From NCBI GenBank assembly GCA_965222315.1, contig OZ244951.1:962407-1026406 (forward strand): DNA of 64,000 bases. The letters run 5' to 3'. Positions within the stretch are counted from its first letter, which is position 1; each line of letters opens with the position of its first letter. The position numbers and the translations under genes were made by a program. Shown here piece after piece: positions 37,874 to 48,037 of the stretch. The notes beneath the pieces were generated by a model. The model did not search any database. It had not been told where the DNA came from and saw only the letters and a list, made by a program, of their open reading frames with translations. Source of the stretch: Alphaproteobacteria bacterium (GTDB taxonomy: Bacteria > Pseudomonadota > Alphaproteobacteria > Bin95).

Positions 37874-38710
37874 CTATGACCTAAGGTGGGAGGACAAGGC
37901 CAATACCGCGATCTTGGTCCGGTTATCGACTTGCAACTTCCGCATTAAGTGGCGCACATGCAGCTTCACCGTCGATTCCGACAGGTTAAGCTCCCGCCCA
38001 ATGGCTTTGTTGGACAGGCCGCGTTCCAGTCCGTCCATCACATCAATCTGGCGCGGAGTCAGGTGGACCGTTTGCTTACCAACCTGCACCCCGATGCTCG
38101 GTTCGTCATCGCTCGCGGTCTCGTTAGGGGACAGGCAGGTACAGGATTCCGGCACGTGTTGTTCGGTCGGGGAGGGGATATGCGAACAGGGAGTCCCGTT
38201 CGCCAAGGGCCGGCTGTCCGCACCATTCTGCGCTACCGCCGTTTGCGTTGCGTGCTCGATACCGTGCGGGATTGACTTCGAATTCGGGTAGTAGTGTCCG
38301 CCTGCCTGTATGAAGTGAATGGCGGCGACTGCGAACTCGGACGGCATCCAGGTCGGAATTACGCCACGCACCTCGTGGGCGATCGCTATCTCAATGCCCT
38401 CAGCATCAATCTCGTCGACCAGAACAACGAGAGGCCGCCCCGTGAGCGCCAGCAAGCAGCGTCTCAGGGTCAGTTCTACTTCGGGCTCAACGAGCGACCG
38501 GCCGCCGATCACATATACGCAAGCTGCCGTGCCCTCCGCAAAGACGGCCTTGCCGGTACTATCCTCAGGAACCTTATCGGTCCAGGTCACACTGAGGGCA
38601 AATTCCTTGGCATGCTCCGCCAAAAGCGCCGAGATTGCGGTGCCGCGCAGAACGTGTCCGTCAAGTACGATAATTTCTCTTGGTCCATCGAACACCGTAA
38701 CCTCCCCCAC
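37874..38710 (-). CDS. LuxR-family transcriptional regulator with an atypical receiver-like N-domain (278 aa).
   Basis: C-terminal HTH LTPRQIDVMDGLERGLSNKAIGRELNLSESTVKLHVRHLMRKLQVDNRTKIAVLA. No obvious phospho-acceptor Asp context at the N-terminus. Confidence 0.65.
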   Translation of the reverse strand: MGEVTVFDGPREIIVLDGHVLRGTAISALLAEHAKEFALSVTWTDKVPEDSTGKAVFAEGTAACVYVIGGRSLVEPEVELTLRRCLLALTGRPLVVLVDEIDAEGIEIAIAHEVRGVIPTWMPSEFAVAAIHFIQAGGHYYPNSKSIPHGIEHATQTAVAQNGADSRPLANGTPCSHIPSPTEQHVPESCTCLSPNETASDDEPSIGVQVGKQTVHLTPRQIDVMDGLERGLSNKAIGRELNLSESTVKLHVRHLMRKLQVDNRTKIAVLALSSHLRS

Positions 38711-39195
38711 TCTGGATAGACAAAACCGTAATATCGCCGGTTTACCTCTTTATAGCATAAGTTGTACGCCTTCAGTGTTAACCAAACCTTACGAGTATAT
38801 GAGTTCACTGGTCAATATAATAATATCGTATACTGTTATAACTTAGGGTTGTATTTAGCACTCCTTTCACGAAATGTTGCTATGGCACCGTAACGGAAGG
38901 AAATTTTTGTCCGCAGGCTCCCATTGCCCGCGAGTTCGGCGCAGCCTGTATACCGTTTGGTTGTGGGGGAGGGCGGTACTTTTTTACCTACGCATTAAGC
39001 AGGTGTGGCCAGTGCGGACGGTGCCGCTATTATTATCGGGCGCAGTTTGAACCTGGTGCCAGGGATCGCCAGCTTAACAATCGCAGCATCCAAAAAGACC
39101 GGAAGCTGTAGGGCCTAAGAATGCCAACCAAAAGATTGTGTCAGTCACTTCCTCAAGAAGCTCTCTGCCGCCTCGGATAGGCCCAGCGCGGTCGT

Positions 39196-40629
39196 TCATT
39201 TTTTGTAAAGAGCATCGTTTTCTCCAAGGAACGCTAGGTAGTCGAACTTCATAAGCGCTCGAAAAGCGACAAAGAACGCCACGACAGCCATGATGAGAGC
39301 GCTGGAGAAAAGCCCATAAGCTGACATGCCGATTTGAAGATAAAAGCCGAGACTCACCGCAAAGTTGAGGAGGAGAAAGAGGGCTTGCAGAATGAGGAAG
39401 AGACGCGCCCGGTTGCAAACAAGGATCACGGCGCAACAGAGGTAAAAGACGGCATGGAGGAATACCGCGATCAACCCAACCCTAAGCGTCAATAGCTGGC
39501 CAAAGCTAAAATCGAGTGATTTTGCCAGCGCGGGCGCCATCAGGACCATAGCGGTGGTCAAAGCCGCCTGCAGAAAGACGATAGAAAACAACCCCGACCA
39601 AACCGTCTGCCCAAGCGCCTCGACGGAGTTGCGGATATTTTCATAGGTGGACCTGTCGGTTAGGCTAACGCGGAAAGCTCCGACCCCACTCATAAGCTTC
39701 GAGTCATGGAACAGGAATACCGCCGCAAAGGTTGGGATTGTTGAGATGTGGGCTACGAACATGACGCTGTCGTAAGGACTGTAGTGTAGGAAACCCGCAG
39801 CTGAACGCATAGCTTCTGGCGATAACCAATATACCCACTTGTCCGCCCACACCCCCATTACGGCAAGCAAAATACCGAGCCCGAGGACCCACAACCGGCG
39901 CACCGCATGCAGCATATCACGGACCGCCTGCATTAGGTCCGCATCGGATCCTGAAGCTGTCCGGCGCACTCGGATCACCGTCAGGGACACGCAGATAGCA
40001 ATGCCGACCGTAAACGACCAGATCAAGAGTTCGGTGTCGGTCTCCCCGCGCGTTCCCAGCATGATGCAGGCGACGGCAACGGTCATTCCGCCGGAGAAGG
40101 ACCAGATCAAATGGCGATAGGCCTTTAGTGCTGTCAGTGCCGCGAAGCTAGTCCACAATAGCGCCGCAGCGCCTGTCAGAAAGACGAACGCGGCTGCTAA
40201 CTCAAAAGGCGCTATACCAAGAAGTGGTACTAGGCCGAGCGCAAACCCTTCGGCCAATAGCGCGGAGCCGATGGCGGCAACCAGGAACAGCGCCGGCGCT
40301 TGGCGTACCTCGCCGCTATCCACCTCGGCCGCAATCAACCTTGCTGCGATGGCGCCTGATGGCCCTGCAACCAAGGGAGCAAGGCAGAACGCATAGACGA
40401 CGGTCAAGCGCAGATCCTCGACTGCCTCGAAGCCCAGCACCGGCGTCATTGTCACCGATACGATTGCCAGCGCGAAGATTGAGACCAGCCAAGGACCGGC
40501 CACGATGACAACTGCTCCCAGGAAAGTGATCACCGGACGCAGCAGACTGCCACCAAGTAACCATGTCAGCGCAGCGCCAGGCCCGCGGGCCGTCTCCGCT
40601 CCGTTGGCGCGATCCGTGTGAACGCTCAT
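39196..40629 (-). CDS. pelG: PelG-like 12-TM polysaccharide transporter (477 aa).
   Basis: Polytopic membrane protein of PelG size, encoded immediately downstream of, and overlapping, a PelF-like GT4. N-terminal GPWLVSIFALAIV resembles the PelG start. Confidence 0.5.
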   Translation of the reverse strand: MSVHTDRANGAETARGPGAALTWLLGGSLLRPVITFLGAVVIVAGPWLVSIFALAIVSVTMTPVLGFEAVEDLRLTVVYAFCLAPLVAGPSGAIAARLIAAEVDSGEVRQAPALFLVAAIGSALLAEGFALGLVPLLGIAPFELAAAFVFLTGAAALLWTSFAALTALKAYRHLIWSFSGGMTVAVACIMLGTRGETDTELLIWSFTVGIAICVSLTVIRVRRTASGSDADLMQAVRDMLHAVRRLWVLGLGILLAVMGVWADKWVYWLSPEAMRSAAGFLHYSPYDSVMFVAHISTIPTFAAVFLFHDSKLMSGVGAFRVSLTDRSTYENIRNSVEALGQTVWSGLFSIVFLQAALTTAMVLMAPALAKSLDFSFGQLLTLRVGLIAVFLHAVFYLCCAVILVCNRARLFLILQALFLLLNFAVSLGFYLQIGMSAYGLFSSALIMAVVAFFVAFRALMKFDYLAFLGENDALYKK

Positions 40630-42131
40630 GCCAACATTAGTTCCTCATAGAGAGCAGCATAGCGCTGCGCCGAGAGCTCTGAGGTGAAGTACGTTTCAAC
40701 TCGCTTGCGCAGTGTTTCGCCGCACCGCCGGCGCAGGTCGGCGTCACCCAGCAACTCTGCAATGGCCTCCCCGATTGCCTTGGCGTCCATTACCGGTGCG
40801 ACGCGGCCGGCAATACCAAGGTTTGGCACCTCGTCTGGCGCTCCTTCGATGATCTCCCGGCAGGACCCGACGTCGGTGGTAACGCAGGGCACCCGCGCCG
40901 CGCCAGCCTCAAGCAGTACCAGTGGTTGCGCCTCGCTGATTGAAGTAAGCACCAGGACGTCGATGCGGCCTAGATAGTCAACGATGTTGACTTTGCCCGT
41001 GAAAACAATGGTCTCCCCGAGGTCGAGTTCGTCAATCCGCCGCTTACAAAGTGCGAAATAGTCCTCGTCTTCATCGGTTGGCCCAATCAATAAAAACTCT
41101 ACGTCGGGGATCACGTTTCGCACAACTGCGGCGGCAGCGATGAAGGCCTCGATGTCCTTGATTGGCACTACGCGGCCGATCAGTGCCGCTGTTGGCCGCT
41201 TTGCCTGGCCAGACTCGATACTGTCGAAACGCTCGAGCTCAATGCCATTAGGGATAACCTGTAGCGATTTCTCACGCGCGCCGAGGGTTCGCTGGAACGA
41301 CTGGTTGGCGCCGTAGAGGGTGGTCACCTTGTCGGCGCCGGAATAGACAGCGCGAGCATAAGACTCAAAGGTCTCGATCCAGAAGGCCCTAACGTCAGTT
41401 CGTCCCTCGCTGCCAAGGCCTGTTCTGACGGTGTCGGCAATCCAGTCTGCCATCACCAGATCAATGCGGCGCTCGTTTGTGTAGATACCGTGCTCAGTGA
41501 TAGCTGACCGGGCTCCGTTCCGACCCGCAGCGCGGACCGCGAAAACCCCGGCATAGCCGGTCGAGATCGCATGATATACCCGCGCCGGTGGCGTTGGTGC
41601 CATGACTACGGAAAGCATGCCTCCAACGAGGTTCTGCCAAGCCCAAAAGAAGTCCGAAAAGGATGCATGCGGGGCGATCCGTTGGTAGCAGGTCACCATA
41701 GCAGCCCAGGCGGGCTCCGAGCACAATAGGTCCGAGTAACTGGGGGGCGTTCGCCGCAATAGCCGGCCGAGACCGGAGCGCCGCACAGGCTTTACCGCCA
41801 TCTCGGCCAATGCGTGAACCGCCTCAACGTCCCCCTCGCGGACAACCCGATAGAGCAGGTCGGCGAACGCCTCCACATCAATCAGCGGCCGCGACAGACC
41901 AGGTCGCTCAAGTTGGTGGGCGAGTGGCACCGTTTGGAAGTACGCCACATTATCCGGCAACTGGTACTTTAATTCGCGCGGCCGGTCGTCGGCGACCAGC
42001 GCGACGACTCCAAAGGCGGTGTTGGGTTGGTTTCGTATCAGCCAGTCCAACCACGACGACACGCCGCCCGCAATATACGGATAGCAGCCTTCGACAACGA
42101 TGCAGACATCCAATGTATTTGATGCACTCAC
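40626..42131 (-). CDS. pelF: PelF-like GT4 glycosyltransferase (501 aa).
   Basis: N-terminus LDVCIVVEGCYPYIAGGVSSWLDWLI matches the remembered PelF start (DVCLLLEGTYPYV.GGVSSWV). GT4 C-terminal E-x7-E region. 4-nt overlap with the pelG-like gene. Confidence 0.6.
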   Translation of the reverse strand: MSASNTLDVCIVVEGCYPYIAGGVSSWLDWLIRNQPNTAFGVVALVADDRPRELKYQLPDNVAYFQTVPLAHQLERPGLSRPLIDVEAFADLLYRVVREGDVEAVHALAEMAVKPVRRSGLGRLLRRTPPSYSDLLCSEPAWAAMVTCYQRIAPHASFSDFFWAWQNLVGGMLSVVMAPTPPARVYHAISTGYAGVFAVRAAGRNGARSAITEHGIYTNERRIDLVMADWIADTVRTGLGSEGRTDVRAFWIETFESYARAVYSGADKVTTLYGANQSFQRTLGAREKSLQVIPNGIELERFDSIESGQAKRPTAALIGRVVPIKDIEAFIAAAAVVRNVIPDVEFLLIGPTDEDEDYFALCKRRIDELDLGETIVFTGKVNIVDYLGRIDVLVLTSISEAQPLVLLEAGAARVPCVTTDVGSCREIIEGAPDEVPNLGIAGRVAPVMDAKAIGEAIAELLGDADLRRRCGETLRKRVETYFTSELSAQRYAALYEELMLA

Positions 42132-42931
42132 GCGATGCCTCCGCAGGCGTAGCGTTTCAGCGGAGGCGGCCGCACCAGCGCGCCTTTTCTCGGTAGGGGT
42201 GGTGCAGAACGCGTTGTCAGAGTGACGCGCCTTGCCAACGCCCTGAGTTCATTCGCAGAGTCCTTGTCGATAAAGCCCGACGCGGCAACCGCCTCGGCCT
42301 CCTCGGCGACGCTTCGGGTGAGTGGGCCCTGGACAGCGGCTGCGCGCACTGCCTTTGCACGATCATCAAAACTCCCTCGCAGCTTGGCATAGACCGCCGC
42401 GGCTTGCACCCGGATGGCCGGCACATCAGAAGCAAGGGCCAGTCTAAGCGCCGGCAGCATCTCCGGGCGGTAGCTCAGTGAGATCGCGGCAATTGCCTTT
42501 TGTTGCCGTTGCAGCGTGCCTGAAGCAAAAACCTCAGCAAAGGGAATCAGCGCCTCCCTACCCGCACGGTGACGGCGACCCTGCAGGATCTCCGCGTGCA
42601 AAAGCTCTGCTGTGCTGGACGGCGCTGTTGCCCTTTTTGCAGGGTTGATTTTTGATGCTAGCGCATCGCCATGGTCGAGGTCCAAGATTAGGAGAAAAAG
42701 TCCGCCGACTGGACCAAGTACAAAACCAAGCAGCAGCGAATTCGCTGTCTGCATCCGTTGGTGCGGCCAGAACACCAGCGCGACGCTGCCGATAATACCG
42801 AGAATGACGAAGTGATATCCCAATGTCAGCAACGTGGAATGGTCACCCGCAATCCAGAGCCACGTCAGCACGAGGTCAGCCGTAGCTAGGGTGGCAGACA
42901 CGGTCTGCACGTAGAGAATTGATCCAATCAT
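42128..42931 (-). CDS. PelE-like inner-membrane protein (N-terminal TM helices plus C-terminal helical/TPR-like domain, 267 aa).
   Basis: Topology and position in a coupled pelDEFG-like array. The assignment is context-based. Confidence 0.4.
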   Translation of the reverse strand: MIGSILYVQTVSATLATADLVLTWLWIAGDHSTLLTLGYHFVILGIIGSVALVFWPHQRMQTANSLLLGFVLGPVGGLFLLILDLDHGDALASKINPAKRATAPSSTAELLHAEILQGRRHRAGREALIPFAEVFASGTLQRQQKAIAAISLSYRPEMLPALRLALASDVPAIRVQAAAVYAKLRGSFDDRAKAVRAAAVQGPLTRSVAEEAEAVAASGFIDKDSANELRALARRVTLTTRSAPPLPRKGALVRPPPLKRYACGGIA

Positions 42932-43902
42932 TGCGATATCTGCTGATGATCTGAACAGGAGACCGGTCTGAGATGGATTGCCGGCCGGGAGTTATAGAAT
43001 GCCAATGCAGCTGCCAGTGCGACGGTGCACGTGACTGGCTCAGGCGACAGGATGGTTGAAGCGCTTTGATCCTCGACAATCGCGGCGCCGCCGCTATCTG
43101 TTATGGAGGCCGGGCGCCCGCGTGGCATTATCGTTACTAGGAAACCGCTGTTTCCTACGCCGACGGCAACCTCAGTGCCATCGGCAACGGCCCTCTCATT
43201 GGTTCGTCCGGCTGATGTCAGCCGACGTAGTTCCTCTGCTTCACATGCTGTCAATTTGAGCCGTACACCAACACCCAATGGCTCGTCGTCCCCGGCGTAG
43301 AATACTGCCCCCGCGAAACCAAGCGCCTCTGTAGCCTCCGTAAACTTGGCCTCGAACGACTCAGTGTCGGCCATTGCCAGCACCGACAGCGCTGGCAAGC
43401 TTCGCTCTACGCCGCCCGCGTGCGTAGTAGTAGCGATCTGCAACTCAAGCGCCGCGACGTCGCTATCCATACGATTTACTTCGGTGGCCAGATCCTCACT
43501 CATTCGCCTAAGCCGCGCGTTCTCGGTCCTAAGCTCCGCCTCCAGCCGGATCTGTGCTTGGCGGATTGAGCCAACAATGATCGCCATGAGAAGCCATTGC
43601 ACCGGAAGGATGGCGAGTTCAACGTAGTGGGCAGTGATGTCGATGCCAGCAGGCCGTGGCGGCCAATCCATGAGCAGTGCTGCCATTGCCGCAGTCGACA
43701 CGCCCACATAGAGGCCGCCCTGCACGGCGGCGAGGATCACGAAGAGCCAGTATGGATGAATTGTTAGGGCTGCGTAGAACCCTTCCCCGAAAAACAGCGG
43801 CTCAGCCGCCCGAGCCACGAGCAGCAAGACCACAGCGCCGAGCAGGCTGCGAAGGAACGGTTCATGTTCATTCGGTAAGTAAGGCTCTGATCCGGCGGTC
43901 AT
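42928..43902 (-). CDS. PelD-like membrane protein (4 TM plus cytoplasmic domain, 324 aa). It is shorter than canonical PelD, so the degenerate GGDEF module is possibly absent.
   Basis: Four N-terminal hydrophobic helices followed by a soluble domain. Operon position upstream of the pelE-like gene. Confidence 0.35.
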   Translation of the reverse strand: MTAGSEPYLPNEHEPFLRSLLGAVVLLLVARAAEPLFFGEGFYAALTIHPYWLFVILAAVQGGLYVGVSTAAMAALLMDWPPRPAGIDITAHYVELAILPVQWLLMAIIVGSIRQAQIRLEAELRTENARLRRMSEDLATEVNRMDSDVAALELQIATTTHAGGVERSLPALSVLAMADTESFEAKFTEATEALGFAGAVFYAGDDEPLGVGVRLKLTACEAEELRRLTSAGRTNERAVADGTEVAVGVGNSGFLVTIMPRGRPASITDSGGAAIVEDQSASTILSPEPVTCTVALAAALAFYNSRPAIHLRPVSCSDHQQISQ

Positions 43903-45578
43903 TTTGCGTCGTTTGCCGCTATACGCGATGACACTGGAATAACCAGATCACGCGAAGGGTTGAGATCGACCTCAGAGGCCGCCGGAACCTCGACCGGCCT
44001 GCTGTCGTCGCGGGTCATTGCAACCGTGACCAGATCTCCCGGCCGCACCGGCGTCTCTGGCGCTGCGATGAAGCGCTCAATGCCACCGGGCTCCGTACGC
44101 AGGATTGTTACGGTGAAGGTCTGTTCATCACTATGGTCTCTCGCCTCAAGTTGGGCTTGCACTGTGTTCAACTGCTCACGCACCGACGATCGTTCCATGG
44201 CGGTCGCCCGCGCAGCCATCGCCAACCTTTTGCGGCGCTCCGCCCGACGTACCGCCGCCTCTTGCCGAACAAGATTTAGTTCGGCTGTGAGGTTCAGGAG
44301 CACGTCCCGGCGCTCGAGTACCGTGCGCTCCATTGCCATCATCCGATCCTTGGCCACCTTGACCTTGTTCTCGGTGGTAATGCCCTGACTGCGTCGCTTT
44401 GCAACCGCCTCGTAGTGTTCGGCGAGGTAGGCTAGCTGCGATTTAATAACCTCGAGATGCTCTTGCGCTGCCGAGATCCGGACATCTAGGACGTCGATCC
44501 GATCCGAACTAAGATCATTTCGTACCTTCTCCTCGGCGAGCTCCGCGAGGAGGACGCCACGCTCGGTCTTGACCCTGTCAGCACCGATTGTTTTGGCAAG
44601 GGTTTCCCAAGCCTGGGTGTTGGTCGCAAGCTCAATGTCGTCGGCAAGTGCGGCGTCGATCCGGACCCGTTCGAGCATCAGACCTGCAGCAAGCGCGTCC
44701 AACTCCTGCTGGCGGGCGCGCAGGGCGGCCATCTGTAACGGCGAGAGAAGTTCAGCCCTCTCGATCGCACCCGCCTGAGCAAGCACGCGCTCCACCGTGA
44801 GACCCGGCGAGTAGGCATGCGTCCCCGGCGCTCGAACCATGCCGCGCACCAGTATTGGAGGGCGCGACGCGAACGCGGCGCTGACGCTTCCGTTCAGCCG
44901 CAGACGCTCGCTTGCGGCACGTGTTACCAGCAGCTCAATACAGGGAAGGCTGCGATTGATGACATCGACATGCCCAATGGCCGGTAAAGATACAGCGCCG
45001 TTCGCCCCGACTTCATAGGAACCCGACAGGTCGAGCCGCTCAAAGACAATGTTCTCGCTTCTCGATGCGCCGTTTGTAGAGGGTGCCGCTGCCAGCGTAC
45101 TTTGCTCAAAGAAGCGCAAGGCAAGGCGGTCGCCAAGAACTGCGACATCGATACCGCCCCCTACCTGGTCACACATCCCAATGTTTTGGGAGTTGGACGC
45201 CCCCGCTTGCGGCAGGGCCAAAGCGCTGACGCCACCTAGTTTCTCCGCTTCCTTTTCGCGGTCCTTTGTGCTGCGATCAAGCTGATAATTTCCGGCGGGC
45301 ACGTGAGTGGCGATGACTTTGTCTGTCGCATTCGCAATGCCCACGTCGTTCTCCGCGTTCAGCCAGTGCTCAATGAAAGCTGAAAGTCTGTTTCCGCCAT
45401 CGGAAGCGAAAGACTCCAAGTGGCTGATTGCGGTCGACACGGGTTTGATAATGACCCCCGTACCATATTCCGAAACGATTTTATCAGTTGCGATGGCGGC
45501 CATGCCGACGCCCACTAGAGTTATTGAGCCAAAGATCCGACTGAAACCTCGCCAGTTCATTCCGAACTCCTCCAACAA
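43899..45578 (-). CDS. Polysaccharide export protein (Wza/ExoF-like, with SLBB domains and a long central coiled coil, 559 aa).
   Basis: ..LDLSGSYEVGANGAVSLPAIGHVDVINRSLPCIELLV.. polysaccharide-export motif. C-terminal SLBB-like PGDLVTV. First gene of the minus-strand polysaccharide operon. Confidence 0.5.
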   Translation of the reverse strand: MLEEFGMNWRGFSRIFGSITLVGVGMAAIATDKIVSEYGTGVIIKPVSTAISHLESFASDGGNRLSAFIEHWLNAENDVGIANATDKVIATHVPAGNYQLDRSTKDREKEAEKLGGVSALALPQAGASNSQNIGMCDQVGGGIDVAVLGDRLALRFFEQSTLAAAPSTNGASRSENIVFERLDLSGSYEVGANGAVSLPAIGHVDVINRSLPCIELLVTRAASERLRLNGSVSAAFASRPPILVRGMVRAPGTHAYSPGLTVERVLAQAGAIERAELLSPLQMAALRARQQELDALAAGLMLERVRIDAALADDIELATNTQAWETLAKTIGADRVKTERGVLLAELAEEKVRNDLSSDRIDVLDVRISAAQEHLEVIKSQLAYLAEHYEAVAKRRSQGITTENKVKVAKDRMMAMERTVLERRDVLLNLTAELNLVRQEAAVRRAERRKRLAMAARATAMERSSVREQLNTVQAQLEARDHSDEQTFTVTILRTEPGGIERFIAAPETPVRPGDLVTVAMTRDDSRPVEVPAASEVDLNPSRDLVIPVSSRIAANDAK

Positions 45579-45630
45579 CTTAGAAACACGCTATCAATTT
45601 TATCTTGGAAGTTTTTGGTTGAACACGAGC

Positions 45631-48030
45631 ATGAAGCAAAATAATAAGACCATCAACTCTGCACATGGATTAAGGGGGGTCGCTTTAGTATTGGATACTA
45701 ACCACCTAAAAGAAGTATATCCGTTAGTATTGCGCTCCATTTGGTTTAGGTTCCGGCTACCCCTTTTGGGATTTAACCTGGCTAGCGCCCTGTCTCTTGC
45801 GGCAGTCACTCTCCTGTCTGTGCCGGGAGTTGCCGCCGCAGCTTGCCGCGATGTCGCAGAGATCCCGCGCACGATCCTTGCGCTCTATGACGGTGCGCGC
45901 AGTGCTGAGCCACGTTACACACCCATTCACCGCTACGCCGAGATGCCGCTCAACCATCTCGGTTACCGCCTCGTCTACCACGATATTTCGACTGGCACGC
46001 CGCCGCCGCCTGACGCTCCACTGGCCGCCACCATCTCATGGTTCAACGGGGCAGTCGGCGATCCAGTCGGCTTTGCCACATGGCGCGCCGGATTCAAGGA
46101 CAGATGCGGCCGGGCACCGGCAACGATCGTGTTTGGGCATACCGGACTCACCAGTGCCGCAGCCGCGACAGAATCAGGTGCCGTCTACCTGAAAAGTTTC
46201 GGCGCAAAGCAAGCCGATGGAGACCTATCGGTCGGCCCGCTCACTTCGATCGCATTACTCGATCCTGGGACTATCGGATTCGAGACGGCGTTCGAGATCG
46301 CGAGAGGACCATACTCTCGTATCACCACTACGGACGAGGCCGAAAGTCGCCTCCGCCTATTGAGCGGCGATGCTGCGATCGATCTAGTGGTTCTGGCCCC
46401 GCAGGCGGTATATGCACACGATAGCGCTCTGGTCAGACACGACCCACGCGGCGGCCCGCTCTGGACCGTTGATCCGTTCGTCCTCTTTGCACACGCGCTC
46501 AACGGATCTCCGTGGCCCATTCCTGATACCACTACACTTAGCGGCCGGCGGATGTTCTTCGCTACTTTGACGCCGGAGGGCTGGTTGACGCAACTGCCGG
46601 CGTTGCAGTTCGGCGACCGCCCTCCGCTGGCATCCCAGGTCTTAGAATCCGCCTTGATTTCACAGTATCCCAGTCTTCCGTTTAGCGTCGCTCTGCTCGC
46701 GGGCGACCTTGATCCTAGCATTGCAGGGCCGGCTGCTTCGCGCGGCCGCGAAGCTGCTGTCCGTCTGTTGCAACTTCCCCACGTACAGCCGGCGACCATG
46801 GGTTTGACCATGATCCTGAATTGGGGATTTTTCGCAGAGTATGATGCAGAGGCGGAGTCTGCCGCGCTCGCGACCGGCGCAGCGCACCAGGCCGGTAGGG
46901 GCGTCCTGGTTACTGCCGTACAGAACCTCGGCACCGCGTTTTCCGAGCCTGCTGTCTCAGCACTGGACATTACACCGAACGCACCGCGCAAGTACAGCAG
47001 CGTGTCCTTTGACCTTGCCTCCGAAACCCGTGGCGCCCTCGACCGCATCGCTGCGCTGGCGCCCCCTAATCGCGCACCGCAGCTCTTCGTTTGGGGCGGG
47101 AATTCACTGCCATTTCCTGGTGCCATCGCCGCGACACGCGAAGCCGGTGCTTGGAACATGGGCGGCGGTGGCGGGCGGGCGTCGAACACAATGCCTTCAC
47201 TCTCGAACTTATGGCCGCTCGGTCTCGAAACCTCCGGCGGCCTCCAAGTCTACAACGCGCTGAGCGGCGACGCCGTTTACACTGATTTCTGGACCGGCAA
47301 CCTAATTGGCTTCCAGGCTCTAGCGCAAACCCTTGAGAGCACTGAGTTCCCGCGTCGGCTCAAGCCCTTCCAAGTATCGTTCGCTGCCCAATCGGCGCTC
47401 GCTTTCTCCAGCCTTCAAAGCGTTCGCAGCAACCTCGATTTGGCGCTCACGGCAAAGATCGCCCCGGTCCATGCGCTCCGCTATGCTGAGACTGTTGCTG
47501 GTTTCCAGGGTTTCCGCGTTATTGCCGGTGACGGTGGCCGCACTTGGCGTATCAAGGACCGTGGCGGACTGCACACGGCCCGCTTCGATGCCGCTAAAGG
47601 GCTTGCGCTCGACCTAGCCGAAAGTGACGGTGTGATCGGTGCGTCCCGCCATAATGGCTCTCTCTATGTGGGACTCGACCCGGGCAACGACTCACCGCAA
47701 ATCGTACTCGCCGATACCGACACGCCAGCCGCCATGGTTGGGGTGGGTTCGGCGCCGGCGCTGATACAGGCACGCGCGGAAATTCTCGACTTCAAGCGCG
47801 AAGGCTGCGCTGTCCGAGCCACTTTGCTTGGCTTTGACGTTGCAGATACAGAGTGGCTCGCTTCGTCCGGCCTAAGCTACGAAGTTACGCTCTACGAGGC
47901 TGACGGCGTAACACGGCGGCACTGGCAGCAGGTCACAGCCGGTCCCGATGGCCATATGGCGGTGGACCTCCCGTTGCCATCGGGTTTCCCTACCCAAATG
48001 TCCATCACTACGCCCTGTCCGCAAGGTTAG
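45631..48030 (+). CDS. Large secreted/periplasmic hypothetical protein of the polysaccharide locus (~800 aa). The start is uncertain (ATG 45631 or TTG 45730); the track ORF start of 45307 overlaps the convergent gene and is rejected.
   Basis: Signal-peptide-like RSIWFRFRLPLLGFNLASALSLAAVTLLSVPGVAAAA. No confident domain assignment. Confidence 0.4.
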   Translation: MKQNNKTINSAHGLRGVALVLDTNHLKEVYPLVLRSIWFRFRLPLLGFNLASALSLAAVTLLSVPGVAAAACRDVAEIPRTILALYDGARSAEPRYTPIHRYAEMPLNHLGYRLVYHDISTGTPPPPDAPLAATISWFNGAVGDPVGFATWRAGFKDRCGRAPATIVFGHTGLTSAAAATESGAVYLKSFGAKQADGDLSVGPLTSIALLDPGTIGFETAFEIARGPYSRITTTDEAESRLRLLSGDAAIDLVVLAPQAVYAHDSALVRHDPRGGPLWTVDPFVLFAHALNGSPWPIPDTTTLSGRRMFFATLTPEGWLTQLPALQFGDRPPLASQVLESALISQYPSLPFSVALLAGDLDPSIAGPAASRGREAAVRLLQLPHVQPATMGLTMILNWGFFAEYDAEAESAALATGAAHQAGRGVLVTAVQNLGTAFSEPAVSALDITPNAPRKYSSVSFDLASETRGALDRIAALAPPNRAPQLFVWGGNSLPFPGAIAATREAGAWNMGGGGGRASNTMPSLSNLWPLGLETSGGLQVYNALSGDAVYTDFWTGNLIGFQALAQTLESTEFPRRLKPFQVSFAAQSALAFSSLQSVRSNLDLALTAKIAPVHALRYAETVAGFQGFRVIAGDGGRTWRIKDRGGLHTARFDAAKGLALDLAESDGVIGASRHNGSLYVGLDPGNDSPQIVLADTDTPAAMVGVGSAPALIQARAEILDFKREGCAVRATLLGFDVADTEWLASSGLSYEVTLYEADGVTRRHWQQVTAGPDGHMAVDLPLPSGFPTQMSITTPCPQG

Positions 48031-48037
48031 CACAACA

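Noticed and set aside
39074-39436. 120-aa minus-strand ORF overlapping the pelG-like 3' end.
   Set aside because: It overlaps the end of a longer, better-supported gene. The Cys/Ser-rich low-complexity product is probably spurious.
45307-45630. N-terminal extension of the 907-aa plus-strand ORF overlapping the convergent Wza-like gene.
   Set aside because: It overlaps a well-supported minus-strand gene and runs into an AT-rich promoter-like region. The start is more plausible at 45631 or 45730.
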